A DNA stretch of 63,588 nt, counting the filler, from Reticulomyxa filosa (lineage: Eukaryota; Protista; Foraminifera): assembly GCA_000512085.1 (NCBI GenBank). It is 16 parts of 16 records of this genome, joined end to end, with 100 filler letters (N's around TTAATTAATTAA, not from the genome) between each part and the next. Parts side by side here need not be neighbours in the genome. Positions count along the whole stretch, not along the records: positions 36,420 to 39,743 come from ASPP01045495.1; positions 39,844 to 42,070 come from ASPP01035470.1; positions 42,171 to 44,158 come from ASPP01000174.1; positions 44,259 to 45,612 come from ASPP01017830.1; positions 45,713 to 47,954 come from ASPP01014052.1; positions 48,055 to 54,875 come from ASPP01039597.1; 10 more parts are not named here. One strand, written 5' to 3'. The position numbers were made by a program, and so were the translations under genes. The notes under the pieces are model-generated. The model saw only the letters and a list, made by a program, of their open reading frames with translations, did no database searches and was not told the origin of the DNA. How positions within the stretch are numbered: position 1 is the stretch's first letter; the number at the start of each line of letters is the position of its first letter. Below, piece after piece: positions 36,320 to 49,479 of this stretch.

Positions 36320-39300
36320 NNNNNNNNNNNNNNNNNNNNNNNNNNNNNNNNNNNNNNNNNNNNTTAATTAATTAANNNNNNNNNNNNNNNNNNNNNNNNN
36401 NNNNNNNNNNNNNNNNNNNTATTCATTTTTTTTAATAAACACTTAGATCTTGAGTCATCATTCATTACAGTAATACAATACTAAACATCATACAACCCAA
36501 CCAAGTGGCGCTTTGGAAAAAAAAGCACGTAAGACAAAATCAAAAAGAAAAGTTTCGCCTGAGGGCGCCGCATGATTTAAATTTTTCTTTTTCGATTTTT
36601 CCTTACGTCCTTTTTTTTTTAATGGTAAGGATATTGCAAAAATTTATCGCAGAGAAGTAAATGGTAAATATTTAATTTAATAAATTTTGCATTGTGTTGA
36701 AAAACATATATCATTTTAATTATGTTTGTCAAAGGGTCAGTGATATTATTATTTACACTTTCATATAACAGGTGCAATCATTACTAGCTGATAGTTCAGA
36801 ATTACTGTTTTTATTATTTTTAACTAATTTTATTTTTAACAAATAGTATCATTTTGTTTCCCTTTGTTTTTATCATATCTTGTTTATTTTTTGACTTTAA
36901 TATGAGACAATGAAGTTTTATTCCATAAAACATCATGTTTAATACACTGGACTGTATTTAGATCAAACACATTAATTTTATTTTTTGAATAAGTGATAAA
37001 TAAATGGTTGCATATACTCCTTGATAATTTCTTGGATAATTGTATGTCTGTGAAATGATTGATTACAATTGTTTGGTTCTTTCATTTCGCACTTGCCTGA
37101 ACAATAAATAATAAAACTACAGAAACATGATGTATTGATTTGCTTTTGTTTTTATTTTATATTTTGATATTTTTTGTGAGTTTTTGAATTAAAAAATATC
37201 ATTGCTTCAAATACTATACTTTTCTTTTTTATTCAATGTTTGCTTATACAGTAGAATGCGAAGTAAAGTGAACACATAAAATGTCACCTTATAGAGATCG
37301 TTGATTTTCTTCATGAAAAAACAACATTCAGATATAATTTTTAAAAAAATATCTACAAATCGTGTAGTTTTTAAATATCATTTTGGCTTTTTATTACATC
37401 TTTTTTATTGACCTTTTCTGTATAATTTGCACGATATATTTAATGTTTCATCGTATTGTCTCTAAAGTTTGTCTTGCTTTTGTAAAGTGGTTTTTGAAAA
37501 AAATATTTCTTTACCAAATTGTACAACATAATTACAATAAAAAGGAAAACACACTTGACTTTCTTTTAAAAAAACATTACAGTGTAATTTATCTATTTCA
37601 AAAATTTTATTTTAGTACGAGAAACAAAGTTATCTTAAAAAAAGAAAGAACACATTGCATTAGCAATGTTTTTTTCTTTGAATTGATTGGTTCATACAGA
37701 AACGGACAAATTGCTTGGATAAATGTAAAAGACTTAGTATTTTCTTAGTGCACAGAGATATAATTATTGTTGTTGACATTATCCGTACGCTGGCCTTTCT
37801 TTTTTATCATCATTGAATTGACCATTTCGTTTGTCAAATTGTGAAACGACTGAATTGACATTAAAAAAATATATCTTGTTAGTTAAACTGTCGTTCGCTG
37901 TTAATACTTCCAAAGATTTAAAGTTTGACAACTAGTGAGTCAAACCTTCTTCAAGAAAGTTTTCATTGTCTCAGGCAGGTTAGTGTGCAATCACTTTTTC
38001 TTGTGCCATAGTAGTAATGGTTTTTTAAAGAGTTCAACAACACCCTTTTTTTGTTGTACCAAAATTGAAATATGTAGCATCAATTTGAATATTTAGATAG
38101 TTTAATAATGAATGTATCAGTTACGCATGGAGTGGATATATTTGTTGCATGCTGAAAACCAATCGACAAACATGTAATATCCGATTATTATTTTATAATT
38201 TGATTTATATTTGCACATTAAGTGATTTTGAGTTACATATACATACAGGTTCACATTGAGCGCTATAGAACATTAATTTGATGTATACAAACTCAAACAG
38301 TTTTCAATTATATTTCTTGCCGATCATTCTTCAGAAATATAGTCTTATGGAATTATTTCATCTATCAAATATCATTTTTAAATTCGTAGTTTTTCTATTT
38401 GAAATTTTACCTTTAATAACATAGAACTGCTAAAAATACTTACAAAACAGAGTAATAGCAATTTTATTTTATAGAGAATAAATAAAGAACACAAAAAGTT
38501 GATTTGATGTCAATCAGTACAAAAAAAAAGATTCATTTAATCAATTTTCATAAATTGTCAAATATTAATTGATATGATGTACAAAATTTAGTTTCACCTT
38601 GCAAATCAAAAAGTAGTTAAAATATTGAAAATGTGGATCAGTTTTAAAAAACGGGGAAATGGACGCGTATGCATTGAAAAAAGTTTGACTTATTACAAAT
38701 GGATACTTTGTCCTTAACAATGCGCTATTCGTTATTGAGGGACAGGCATTTAGCCTTGGAAAAGTATTTGCTCATTGGACATGGCAAAGATCAAGCAAAA
38801 ACCAAGAATTTAGCTTATCACATGTCAGAAACCACAGCGACAAACACAACCTACAAATACAAGTCTATGTGTATCTATCAATTTCGACAATATTTCTATA
38901 ATTAACGCAAACAGCAAAAATGGCAAGAACAATAATCCGATTGAAACGATAAAGAGCCAGTGCAATTATTAGATAAAATATTGGATATAACTCAATATTT
39001 GCCAAATATCGTTACAAAAATGGCTTTAGCTTTGACTGCTCCACAATCTATCATTACACGTCCATCAAATCTTCAATATCCATTGTAATTACCATTGTCA
39101 TCGTTATCACAAATGCGACAATTCATTGTTCGTAGTTTCCTACTCCATGGCAATTTAAGTCACAGCAACGATCGTTTCAATCACTTTCTCTATATCAATG
39201 ATTACATTCAAAAAGTTTTACAATTTAAATGAGTTTACATTTATATATGTACATGCATATACGTATTTATTTACTAAAAAAAAGATAGCAAAAAATTGTT

Positions 39301-39843
39301 GACTGAATTGTCTGTACGACTGCCGAATAATGTGTGAAACACACAATCGATTCCATTGGTGAAGGAGGACAAAGTGGTGGATGTGTTGGATAGTGGAGTT
39401 TTGGAAAGTCGGATATCAACAACATCAAAAGGAGATCGATCATTTTCACTACTGCCAACAGTCAATTCATGTTGACGAGGCTGACCAGCGGAGCTGAGAC
39501 TATATCACAGGCTTTTCTCGCGTTTCCACAAGTCTCTTGAACAGTATAGTCTCACTTTAGATAAAATGTAAATGATTGAAAAAGCTACTCAGCACAAGTA
39601 TTGTATCCACAAAAATAATGCTCCAACAGTCACTTTATCAAATGCAGTGACAACATAATAGAGATAAACACGATTGAGTTGTCTTTGGTAAGTGACAACT
39701 ATTGCAATCTTTATATTGGTATTAACTACTTTTTTTTTTTTAANNNNNNNNNNNNNNNNNNNNNNNNNNNNNNNNNNNNNNNNNNNNTTAATTAATTAAN
39801 NNNNNNNNNNNNNNNNNNNNNNNNNNNNNNNNNNNNNNNNNNN

Positions 39844-42045
39844 CCAATGGAAATAGTGATTTCTTTGGAGTACGTGATTTTTATGCATTAATCAAACATC
39901 AAGCCACTCATTCTGAAGGATCCAATAAACAGTCATTAGAAGGTTATTTTCGTAATTTTGGTGGACTTGATCATAGTGACTACAGAAAACAATTGAGTAA
40001 GATTTTAAAGGACGTACTGAACAGGACTGAAAGTGAAGTTATTCAAGAATTGAAGAAATGGACTCCTGTCATGTGTGTGGAAAGAAATTTAATGGAGAAG
40101 AAACGTGGTCAGTCATCAGATGATTTGATGGTAAGTCGACATTGTATGATAATCAGTGAAAATTATTATTCTTGGCAATTACTTTTGGAATACAATATTT
40201 TGGATTTCAATCAAATATTTTTATTTAGGAGTTATTTTCCTGATGATAAACATTCGAATATTGCCAATTACAATCAATTGAATAAAATTATTGATTGTAT
40301 GGGCACTGGAAAAACTGTCATTTTACACAAGTTGGAAAGTATTTGTGAGAGTTTGTATGACATGTTGAATCAAAGATATCAAATAAGACCTTCAGGTATT
40401 TTCATCTTTTTTTTTTTTTAGTGCAAGCAAAATCACACTTATTTAAAATAATCAGGAAATGTGTATTGTCGAGTGGCATTGGGAACTGAAAGTAGAGATT
40501 GTTTTGTTCATGAAAATTTCAAATGTGTCATCGTTGTTCAAAAGGAAGATGCTCACTCAAATATGCCAGTTTACTTTTATTTTTTTTGAGAATGTTAAAT
40601 GTGTATGCATGATACACATATGTTTAATATAAATATAATAAAAAACAAAAAAGATTGCATTTCTCAGTCGTTTTGAGAAACAATTCATTTCATATCGCAA
40701 TTCATTGCCATCCAATATCAATCAACATGTCGAATATGCAAAGATAGTGTTGATGGAAGAATTTAAAGTAAGAAACTTATCCAATTTATTTTGTGGATAT
40801 TGTGAAGATACTATTTTCTCGGCATTACTTTATTTGGCTGCACAAAAAGCAATGCAAACAAATGATATCGAAGATGATGATAAAAAGGAACAAACGCAAA
40901 TATTAAATAAGAATTTAAATGACATTGAGTTTGGCAAAGATGAATTGAAATCGAAATTACTTAATTTATTTCATCCATTGTGTCGATCAGAGGAAATTAT
41001 GAAAATGCAGCGTAATGAAGATATACAATCTTATTCATTGGTTAAGTAAAATTATCTTTTTTCGAAAAACAACTCTTTTCTTTTTTTTTAAATTGACACA
41101 AATACAAAAAAAAGGGAACAATTGTGGAGACTAAGAAAAAGAACTCCAAAGATCAAATGGCAATGATAATAACGAATGACACGGAGCGCAACATCCCAAT
41201 AGAGTGGATCCACTGTACAAAAGAAATCTCATCATTCAAAAAAGTTGACAAGTTTGAAAAAACAGTCAAAGAATTTTTCAACAATGAGGTCTCAGAAGAT
41301 GTTTTAATCTTGCAATGTCGTTACACACCCAAAAGTAAATATCAATTGGGACAAATCATACATATTCTTCAGCTCGAACACCATCTGTTTTATAAGAATT
41401 CAGAAAATGGTAAAAAACATAAATTGATTATTTTGCTGATCCATACCAGCAAAAAATCACTATTTCCTTTGATATTTCGACAGTTAACAAAAAATAATCT
41501 TTTTTGCTAAAACAAAAGTGGAGTCCCTCTTTTTTAAAAAAATAGGAAATGGAATATCATTTACGTTGATTATTTATTATCAACGGATACGATATTATCG
41601 CAAAAAGATTTGAAAGAACAAGTAGCAAACGCGATTGATAGACAACTCAAACAAGTTAAAAAATACTTTTTCCTATTCTTTCGAATAGATGATGGACATT
41701 GTCTGTCTATTGCTTTATAGGACTTATCCGGATATGCACTCAGGGCTTTCGGAAAGTTGCATTTTCCACATTCCGTTGATTCTTTGAAGGAAAGAAAATC
41801 TGTATCGTCATTGTTTAAAGGATAAAGGATGTGTAGCCATCCTTGTGAAAAGATTAACAACTCTCTTGTCCAAAATTGCGGCCTACAATTCAATTGAATA
41901 TATTTTGTATAATTTAGAGAAAAGTGGAAAGAAAAGGATGAAAGGATCTTTTTTCGAAAGATATCAAGATATCATTGATACTTTGTTAACTTTGACTTTT
42001 GTCAATGTGTTAATTGCTGTTTATCAAAATGGTGGTTTTGCAGTT
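39844..42045 (+). CDS. RNF213/mysterin-like dynein-related AAA+ protein, internal fragment (later AAA modules)
   Basis: FFGVRDFYALIK, RNFGG, SRHCMIISEN, SYFPDD, CMGTGKTVIL..ESLYDMLNQRY, CRVALG..VHENFKCVIV, PIAFLSRFEK; all parallel recalled RNF213 motifs. GT-AG introns. Confidence 0.85.
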
Positions 42046-43385
42046 TCGTTACATTTTTCATTTTATTTTTNNNNNNNNNNNNNNNNNNNNNNNNNNNNNN
42101 NNNNNNNNNNNNNNTTAATTAATTAANNNNNNNNNNNNNNNNNNNNNNNNNNNNNNNNNNNNNNNNNNNNCATTTAGGTATGGCAGTTTTTTTGCAATCT
42201 ACTGTATAAATATTAAGTCTTTTATTTTGCTTTAATATGTACTTCAAAGCTGCACAAAATTTGATCGTTAAATGCGATTTGATGAAACCGATATTTGTGA
42301 TAGAATGTTATATTTGTTAAAGTAAATTAGCAAAAACTCTTAAACTAATATTACTATGTACAATATATATGTTCATTATTCTTTTATGGTGAAATAATAC
42401 ATCTTTTGATTCTTCGACTTGACGTAAAAATTTTGGTCCAAAGAAATAGTAAGATGCATCTAAAAACAATAGCAATAATTGATTGTTTGTAGCTATCTAA
42501 AAGCGTATGAACAAATGTTAATAGAAAAGCAATGAGTGATATTTATTTTATTAAATAATTGAAACTGATACTTACGAAACATAGTCTATGTTGAATACAT
42601 ACTATCACATTAGATACATGTAGCACATAACATGCGTTTTATAAATGTTCAAAAAAGTCAAAGACAAATGTAATTCTATATTTAAAATACTTAAAAAGTG
42701 CAATGCTAAAAATTTAAAATGGCAACACTAAAATTAAAACTTTTCCAATTTAAATTAATATTATAAATTTTTCAAAAACAATACTTTGTGAATACAAAGC
42801 AACAACAAGTATTATTGCAAAGCAGCAGGAGAGTGATTAACTGACTGTCAAAATGGGAACAACAAAAAAAAATGAAAATCTCTTTAAAAAAGTACCATAA
42901 ATTTCAGTGTCCGGTACAGCGTTGCTTTTATTTTTGCGATAAAAAATACGTATATAACTGTTTCTAGCCTGCAATGACAAATTCAAAGTGAATAGTGTGG
43001 TCAAGAACTTTAAATTGAAATTTTTTGATAAAACCGTCCAACACAGACGATATCATATAAACAATGTGCTTCATTGAGTAATTCGAAACTGTTTGTATTC
43101 ATCGAAGGCCTCATTAACTTGGGAATTGATCAGACTCATTGTAAGCAGAGGTACGTATCGTCTAACTCATCAAATGTGAAGTTAGAAAAATTTGGACTAC
43201 TAAAACTTTAAGTTGAGATTTGTTTAGAACTGGAAAAAAAAGACTTGGTCTGTGTGTCAAACGTCAAGAGAAGTTTTTTCGAAACCTTTTTCCATCGAAC
43301 TTTTTTTTTTGTCCTGTCCGAATCGGAGAGCTTTCTTTGCAAAGAAAAAAAAAGGAAATTTGTTTGTTTGAAATCGCTTTCAAAG

Positions 43386-44030
43386 AATGGCAAGTGCATA
43401 TCAATATTTAGAGTTGGTAAAAACCACTTACAGGAACCAACCACGAGTGTACGAACAATTTTTAGAAATTATGAAATCATTTAAAGAAGACAGGTGTGTT
43501 TGTGTCTGGAAGAGGAATATTGAGTAGCAGCAGTTTGTCAAACATTGAGAGAGGGAACAAGGAGGACACCACACATGAAGGAAGGCAGGAAGGGGAGGGG
43601 GGGGGGGAGGAAGGAAGAGTGGGAAGGGAGAAAGAGGAATAAGATGAGGGAAAAAAAAAATACATCCATCCTAAAACCTCACACTTTCGACCTGAAACGT
43701 ACAAACAGATTGAGTTCAAATGTCGTGATAGCAAAAGTGAGTGAACTGTTCAAAGAGCATTTGAACTTATTGGAGGGTTTCCAAATGTTTATTCCAAACA
43801 ACAACAGCAACAACAGCAACAACAGCAACAATAGCAACAGCAATAACAACAATAACAACGCACCACCCCCTCCGCCACCACCTCCGTTGAACACAAGTGC
43901 AATGGCAAGCGGTAATGAAGAAAAGACCAATGGGATGCTGGTCCATGCCACAACTACATCCAATCCTACAGTGGCTATTCCAGTCATGGGTTCCATTGCC
44001 GTCCCATCTTCTCAACAAAGAAGAAGTTTG
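43386..44030 (+). CDS. Sin3-type PAH domain protein, N-terminal fragment
   Basis: MASAYQYLELVKTTYRNQPRVYEQFLEIMKSFKEDR, intron, LSSNVVIAKVSELFKEHLNLLEGFQMFIP fits the PAH consensus; followed by poly-N and poly-P. Confidence 0.88.
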
Positions 44031-44812
44031 TTGTCATTGTTCATGTGTCTGTGTATCTATGTATCTGTGTCTGCTTCAACTTTTCTATTTTATTTTTTGC
44101 AAATCTTTATTTTCATTTGTTTCTGTCCTCACCCTCCCTCTTCCTCCTCTTTTTTTTTNNNNNNNNNNNNNNNNNNNNNNNNNNNNNNNNNNNNNNNNNN
44201 NNTTAATTAATTAANNNNNNNNNNNNNNNNNNNNNNNNNNNNNNNNNNNNNNNNNNNNATTCTGCAAAAAAAAAATTTTTTGTTAACAAAAAATTGAGTT
44301 TTATCAAAAACTACGCAACATAGAAGACTACGAATATCTACTCATTTAGAACTTTCTGAAAATGCTTAAAAAAAGTTGGCAAGTTTCGTTGTTACGACAT
44401 AGTCACAATTGTCAACTTTATTTTCATTCTGCTGTATTTTACCAGTCAACTTTTTAAAATTCTGCTGTATTTTCTAAAATTTTTTTTTATGCAATGTGCA
44501 CTATATTAAAAAATTTTTAAAAACCGTATTCAAAACTTCAAATTTAATTTTTATTTTAGGTAAATTTTCAATCAAGAAAATTTAAGTGATAATTTTTTTT
44601 GAAGAAATTGCAAGTTTGTAATTATTCATTAGGAAATTTTAAAATTTTCTTTCTGGGAAATCATACGTTTCAAAATGTTTGTATTGAAGAGAGTTCTTCC
44701 AAAACATCAACAATTTTGCACATATTCAAGACAACAAGAATAAGAAAAAACATTGATTTAAACATTTTTTAGTATTTGTTTATTTTCTTTTTTACTACAT
44801 ACACGCTTTAAA

Positions 44813-45562
44813 CTAGAAATTGGAGGCACTAGTACAAAAATAGAGGCTTTGCAATGAGCATAACATTTGGAAGATTGTTTCTATTGAAAGACAATTGTAA
44901 AAAATAAAATAAGAAATATACATATATATTAACTTAATTTCAAATAAAGTAAAAACAGAAGGAGAGGAGGAAAAATAGACATACCTATTATCCAAAATCT
45001 AATTAAAGATTTCTTTTGGAGTGACTTCAAAATAGTTTTGCAAGGAGCCCGAATGTACAATTGAAAAAAAGGAGGACGGAAAATGTAAAAGAGCAGCATC
45101 CAAAGTCGTCGTCTGAGTTCTTTTTTTACTCGTTGACAAGGATTATTTAACCTATGATCCGATAAAAAAGTAGAGCCAATTGTTTTTTCCTCAAAGCAAA
45201 AGCACAACGAGAAAGAAAAAAAAAATTAACCGATGTATCAATTGGCTGAAGGAATCAAAACAAAAGGATACCCACAAAGGCAGCCAAGCCGTGGCACTCA
45301 TGCCAGTGTAAAGGAAAAGCGATACATAGACAAAAGGTCTAACGATGTACAGTACTTCAGCGATAACTCGAGATTGCCGCAGTCGGCGATACACTTGTAA
45401 TTTTATTGAAGGTGGTGGATCCTCTTTTGCCTCCTCGTTGTGTCCAGTGTTTGCATGTGCCCCTCTGGCAGGAGGGACTCCGTTCTGAACGCTAGCATGT
45501 GTTGAAAAAACGCGCCTAGATATGGAGCCATTAAGTCTTGAGCTCGTTATTTTCTTATGCAA
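44813..45562 (-). CDS. PEX16: Peroxisomal membrane biogenesis protein PEX16, C-terminal part
   Basis: IAEVLYIVRPFVY, AWLPLWVS, ELRRRLWMLLFYIFRPPFF, terminal LYFCTSASNF*. Confidence 0.85.
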
Positions 45563-45761
45563 GCAATTAAAAAAAAAAAGATACGCTTTGTCTTTTTTCA
45601 GTATTTTTCCCCNNNNNNNNNNNNNNNNNNNNNNNNNNNNNNNNNNNNNNNNNNNNTTAATTAATTAANNNNNNNNNNNNNNNNNNNNNNNNNNNNNNNN
45701 NNNNNNNNNNNNCCCCCCCACACACACACACACAAAAGATAAAAAGAGGTAATGTACGAGA

Positions 45762-47174
45762 ATGAATGTATACGTAAAAATAGAACAATGCGCCAAACAA
45801 AAGTTCAAGACGTTGCTGGATGCACCGATGTCACGTTTGCCGCAATATTTGCAGCAAATGGCGAACGTATACAAAGAATGGAAGGAAGCAGGGAAGCAAG
45901 ACAACGAAGGTTCAAAGCAGTTGTGGCAAGCGATTGTGGACATCAAAAAAATGACGGATGAGATTTCAAACAAATGTCGAGACCAAAAAGCTCGTCAGTT
46001 GTTAGGACATTTACAAAAAGAGCTATTCAATGATAAGATTTCGCTGACAGCAGCGCATCGATTATGTGTGCGACATGGCGAACTGAAAATTGTGAAGAAC
46101 AAAGGATTGCATACGCAAATGTTTATTCTGTGTAATGATATTTTGGTGATTAGTACCGTTGGGTCGCGTTGGAAAAGTAGCGAATTGGTCGCTGTGTTTC
46201 CACTCATTGGATTACGTGTGCTGCATAATCCACTGGTCGATGAGTCGCTGCAAAGCGAAACCAAGTTCCGATTTGCCGTGGTTCCACAAAATAAAAATTT
46301 TGCACTGGCTGATAGCACCACAATGGGAAGTGTGATCATTGTGTGTGCACACGAGGCCGAATTGCAAGCGTGGGTCGATGAAATCGAACAAACAGTCGAC
46401 GAGGAAGAACATAATTTGCGTCCGTGTAATCCGGTGGATTTGGAAAAGCGATTGCGACGTGAACCTACTTGTCCAGAAGGCAGTGCGTCTACGGTTACTA
46501 TTACTGACCCTGTCAAAATTGAAGCGATTGAACAATGGAGAAAACATAAGGAAGAAAGTCGATTCAAAGTCAAACTCAAAACTAGAAATCAAATGCAATC
46601 AACTGTCATAATGTCTGCGGATTGTCATCATGTAAATGCGTCTTCGAATCCTCCTCTTGCATCTATACATCCACCTCCTCCTCCTCCTCCTCCTCCTCCT
46701 CCTCGTCCTCCTTCTTCCAATAAAAGACTCACCACGAATAGTGCCCCTTCACAATCTGTTGTTTCGAGTAAATCTCCAGATATTACTTCTCATTCTATGA
46801 CTGGTCTTGCTTCTCGTCCTCCTCCGCCTCCTCTACTGCACAGTCAACAAACTCAGGTTGTGGGACAATCATCTCCTACTGTTACGGTCACAACGGCCAG
46901 TTCGTTGTCGAGCTCAAGCATGAGTACAAATACAAGACCGAGTCAATCGCAATCCTCGACCAAAGCTACGCTTTTGGGACAAATTGCTGGGTTTCAGAAA
47001 GACTTGGCACTCAAAAAAGTTAATATCGAAGAGACGCAGGCCGCTGCTCGGTCCATTCATGATCCACAAGATGTTGCTTCCTTGCTGCAAACAACATTGG
47101 CAAACTATAGAATATATGTGCAAGGTGACTCTGACGATGAAGAGTCGGAGGATAATGACGAAGATTGGGAATAA
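45762..47174 (+). CDS. RhoGEF DH(C-terminal part)-PH, polyproline, WH2-C-A (VCA) protein (5' truncated)
   Basis: FKTLLDAPMSRLPQY (DH end); PH VRHGEL..MFILCNDILV..ELQAWVDEI; poly-Pro; WH2 KATLLGQIAGFQKDLALKKV; C DVASLLQTTLANYR; A GDSDDEESEDNDEDWE*. Confidence 0.85.
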   Translation: MNVYVKIEQCAKQKFKTLLDAPMSRLPQYLQQMANVYKEWKEAGKQDNEGSKQLWQAIVDIKKMTDEISNKCRDQKARQLLGHLQKELFNDKISLTAAHRLCVRHGELKIVKNKGLHTQMFILCNDILVISTVGSRWKSSELVAVFPLIGLRVLHNPLVDESLQSETKFRFAVVPQNKNFALADSTTMGSVIIVCAHEAELQAWVDEIEQTVDEEEHNLRPCNPVDLEKRLRREPTCPEGSASTVTITDPVKIEAIEQWRKHKEESRFKVKLKTRNQMQSTVIMSADCHHVNASSNPPLASIHPPPPPPPPPPPRPPSSNKRLTTNSAPSQSVVSSKSPDITSHSMTGLASRPPPPPLLHSQQTQVVGQSSPTVTVTTASSLSSSSMSTNTRPSQSQSSTKATLLGQIAGFQKDLALKKVNIEETQAAARSIHDPQDVASLLQTTLANYRIYVQGDSDDEESEDNDEDWE

Positions 47175-48789
47175 CGAAGAAACCTCTTCTAGTTAGCCCA
47201 ACTTATTTTGCTTTCTTTTCATAATAATTCCATTTTTGTTCTTTTGTTCCGATTCGATTCTGCTTTGATGAAAATTAGTATTTTTGTTTTTTAATTGTAT
47301 CAAGTTGCAAAAAAAAAAAAAAAAAGTAAGTTCAAGTTTATTATAAGTTTTACATTAGCTTGTTCGATTAAATGTATGATCTTAAACATTGTTGATCGAT
47401 CTATCAATGTTTTGATGCAATATAAAAGATAACTTATTTTCAAAGTGATGATTGCCACGTAAGTGTAAGTCACATTCTGTCAAAACTTTTCAGCTAAAAT
47501 TTGAATAAAAATTGAAATTGTAGAAAATTTTAAAAAAATATCAAAAATTAGAGAGAATTTAGATTAAAATTCAATACTTTGATAGCATTTTGTTCAAACT
47601 ACTTTTGCTGTAATTGCTGTGTGGCTGGTGTCATTATCTTGCTGAAATATATAATCTTCATTATCTTCTAAACAACAATTAATGCTTTTGAGCATTTCAT
47701 CACATAGAACTTCTTTGTAAATATATTCATTGCACATTAATTAATATTACATGCATAAACAGATCATAACACTACAAAGCAAGTCCACATGATTATGATT
47801 ATACAAACAATTTTTGATGTTTTTATGATTGACCGTCAGCTTCCATTTACGCACACATTCATGACTTAAAGTAAAGTTTTTTTCAACTTTGAGCAAACTC
47901 CAATCCTAATGCAACAGTTCAATAGCACGTTTTTTGTTAAAATTCTAAATCATTNNNNNNNNNNNNNNNNNNNNNNNNNNNNNNNNNNNNNNNNNNNNTT
48001 AATTAATTAANNNNNNNNNNNNNNNNNNNNNNNNNNNNNNNNNNNNNNNNNNNNTTTTGACATAATTGACGTTGTTTGTTTTTTCATTGACAGCCGCAAC
48101 CCGTCTGTTCAAAAAAAAATAAATGTATACGCCAAACTCACCAAAGAAAAATTTCGGGGTTGAAGCCACCCCGTGTTGCAAAAAAACGAAAGAGTTTGTA
48201 TCTTTTATTTTTTTATTTTTTTATTTTTATTAAATGTTTGTGTGTTTGTCAATAGGCATGCCCCCCACAAACAAAAAATTTTATTTGCTCACTACACTCG
48301 TAACAAAAGAAAAAAAATAGATTTTAGATTGTAATTGGAGCTGTCAGCTCCACATCAAATGTATTTTTTTGTTTGTTTTTTTAAATGAAAAAAATATTTC
48401 AATTTGTGACTGTGTTTATAGTGTTCAAAAGTCACAAACATATTGATATTTATTTTTTTATATTTTTATTTATGTTTGAGAGAAGGGTGATAGGGAACAT
48501 TTGGGATGAAAATAAAATAAAATGTAAAAAGGAATTGAAAAAAATGGATTGTAAAAAAAAAATGAAAAATGGAATAAATGGGAAAATAAAATTAGAAAAA
48601 TGGTTGTGAAAATTTTTATTTAAGAAATTGAAAGAAATGAAAAAAAGTTGAAAAAAAGAAAAATAAAATAAAAAAAAGATAACAATGAGAAAAAAAAGTA
48701 AAGAAAAAAGTCAAAAAAGACAAAAAAAAAAAAAAGGAAAAAAGAGAAAAAAAAGAGAAAAAAAAAAGTTGGAAAAAAATTGTATATGC

Positions 48790-49330
48790 GCATGAGCGCA
48801 CTGTTCAAAGGAGATGTCGTTCTCCACAAGGAGACGACATTATCAATGTTTTATTTGCTGAACGGTCAGCTTTTATGGCAAAGAATTATCAGATAACAAG
48901 TGGATCTGATGCATTTGGACAATTGGCATTGCATGTTGATTCGTCAATATGAAAAAAAGATCACATCGTCGTTGTCAACGATTCCTGAAATTGGTGATCG
49001 CTAGTAGTTATTCGTTTCATTGGACCCTTGGCTTTTCCAGATATATGATTATTGGAGTCGAGCTGAATCGGTGGAATAATAATACAACGACTGTAGTGTC
49101 AATGGAGTTACTTATTTTTGATTATATTTGAGTATTCTTTTATTTCAATTGCCTGTCCAATCTAGTCGAAAACTTGTGATCTGTTATGTAATTGTTAAAA
49201 CAAGAAACCACCAAACTGAATGACGAAACAGGCTCTCAAGACGACTCGCCTCATTTCAAAGTCGAAGATGAAATTTCGTTGTTACGTCGCGACATTGGTG
49301 TTATTCGTTTCATTGAAACCATCGAAGTAT
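48790..49330 (+). pseudogene. Decayed CAP-Gly domain gene
   Basis: IGDR..VIRFIGPLAF..IIGVELNRW..NDCSVNGVTYF, and a second unit FKVEDEISL..IGVIRFI. Frameshifts and stops. Confidence 0.7.
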
Positions 49331-49479
49331 CTAATTGTTTTTTGTGTTATTTCTTGTTTATGATAATAAACAAACAAATAAACATATATATGTACATGTT
49401 TATACGTATACTTGTTATTATTATTCATAATTAACTTGTTTTTGTGATCAAGACTATATTCATAGTATACAATGAAGAC

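Noticed and set aside
38600-39720. Coding-like remnants on the + strand
   Set aside because: Many stops and no recognisable motif; cannot be assigned.
48155-48173. GC-rich hairpin CGGGGT-N7-ACCCCG
   Set aside because: Only 6 bp, with no tRNA or other ncRNA context.
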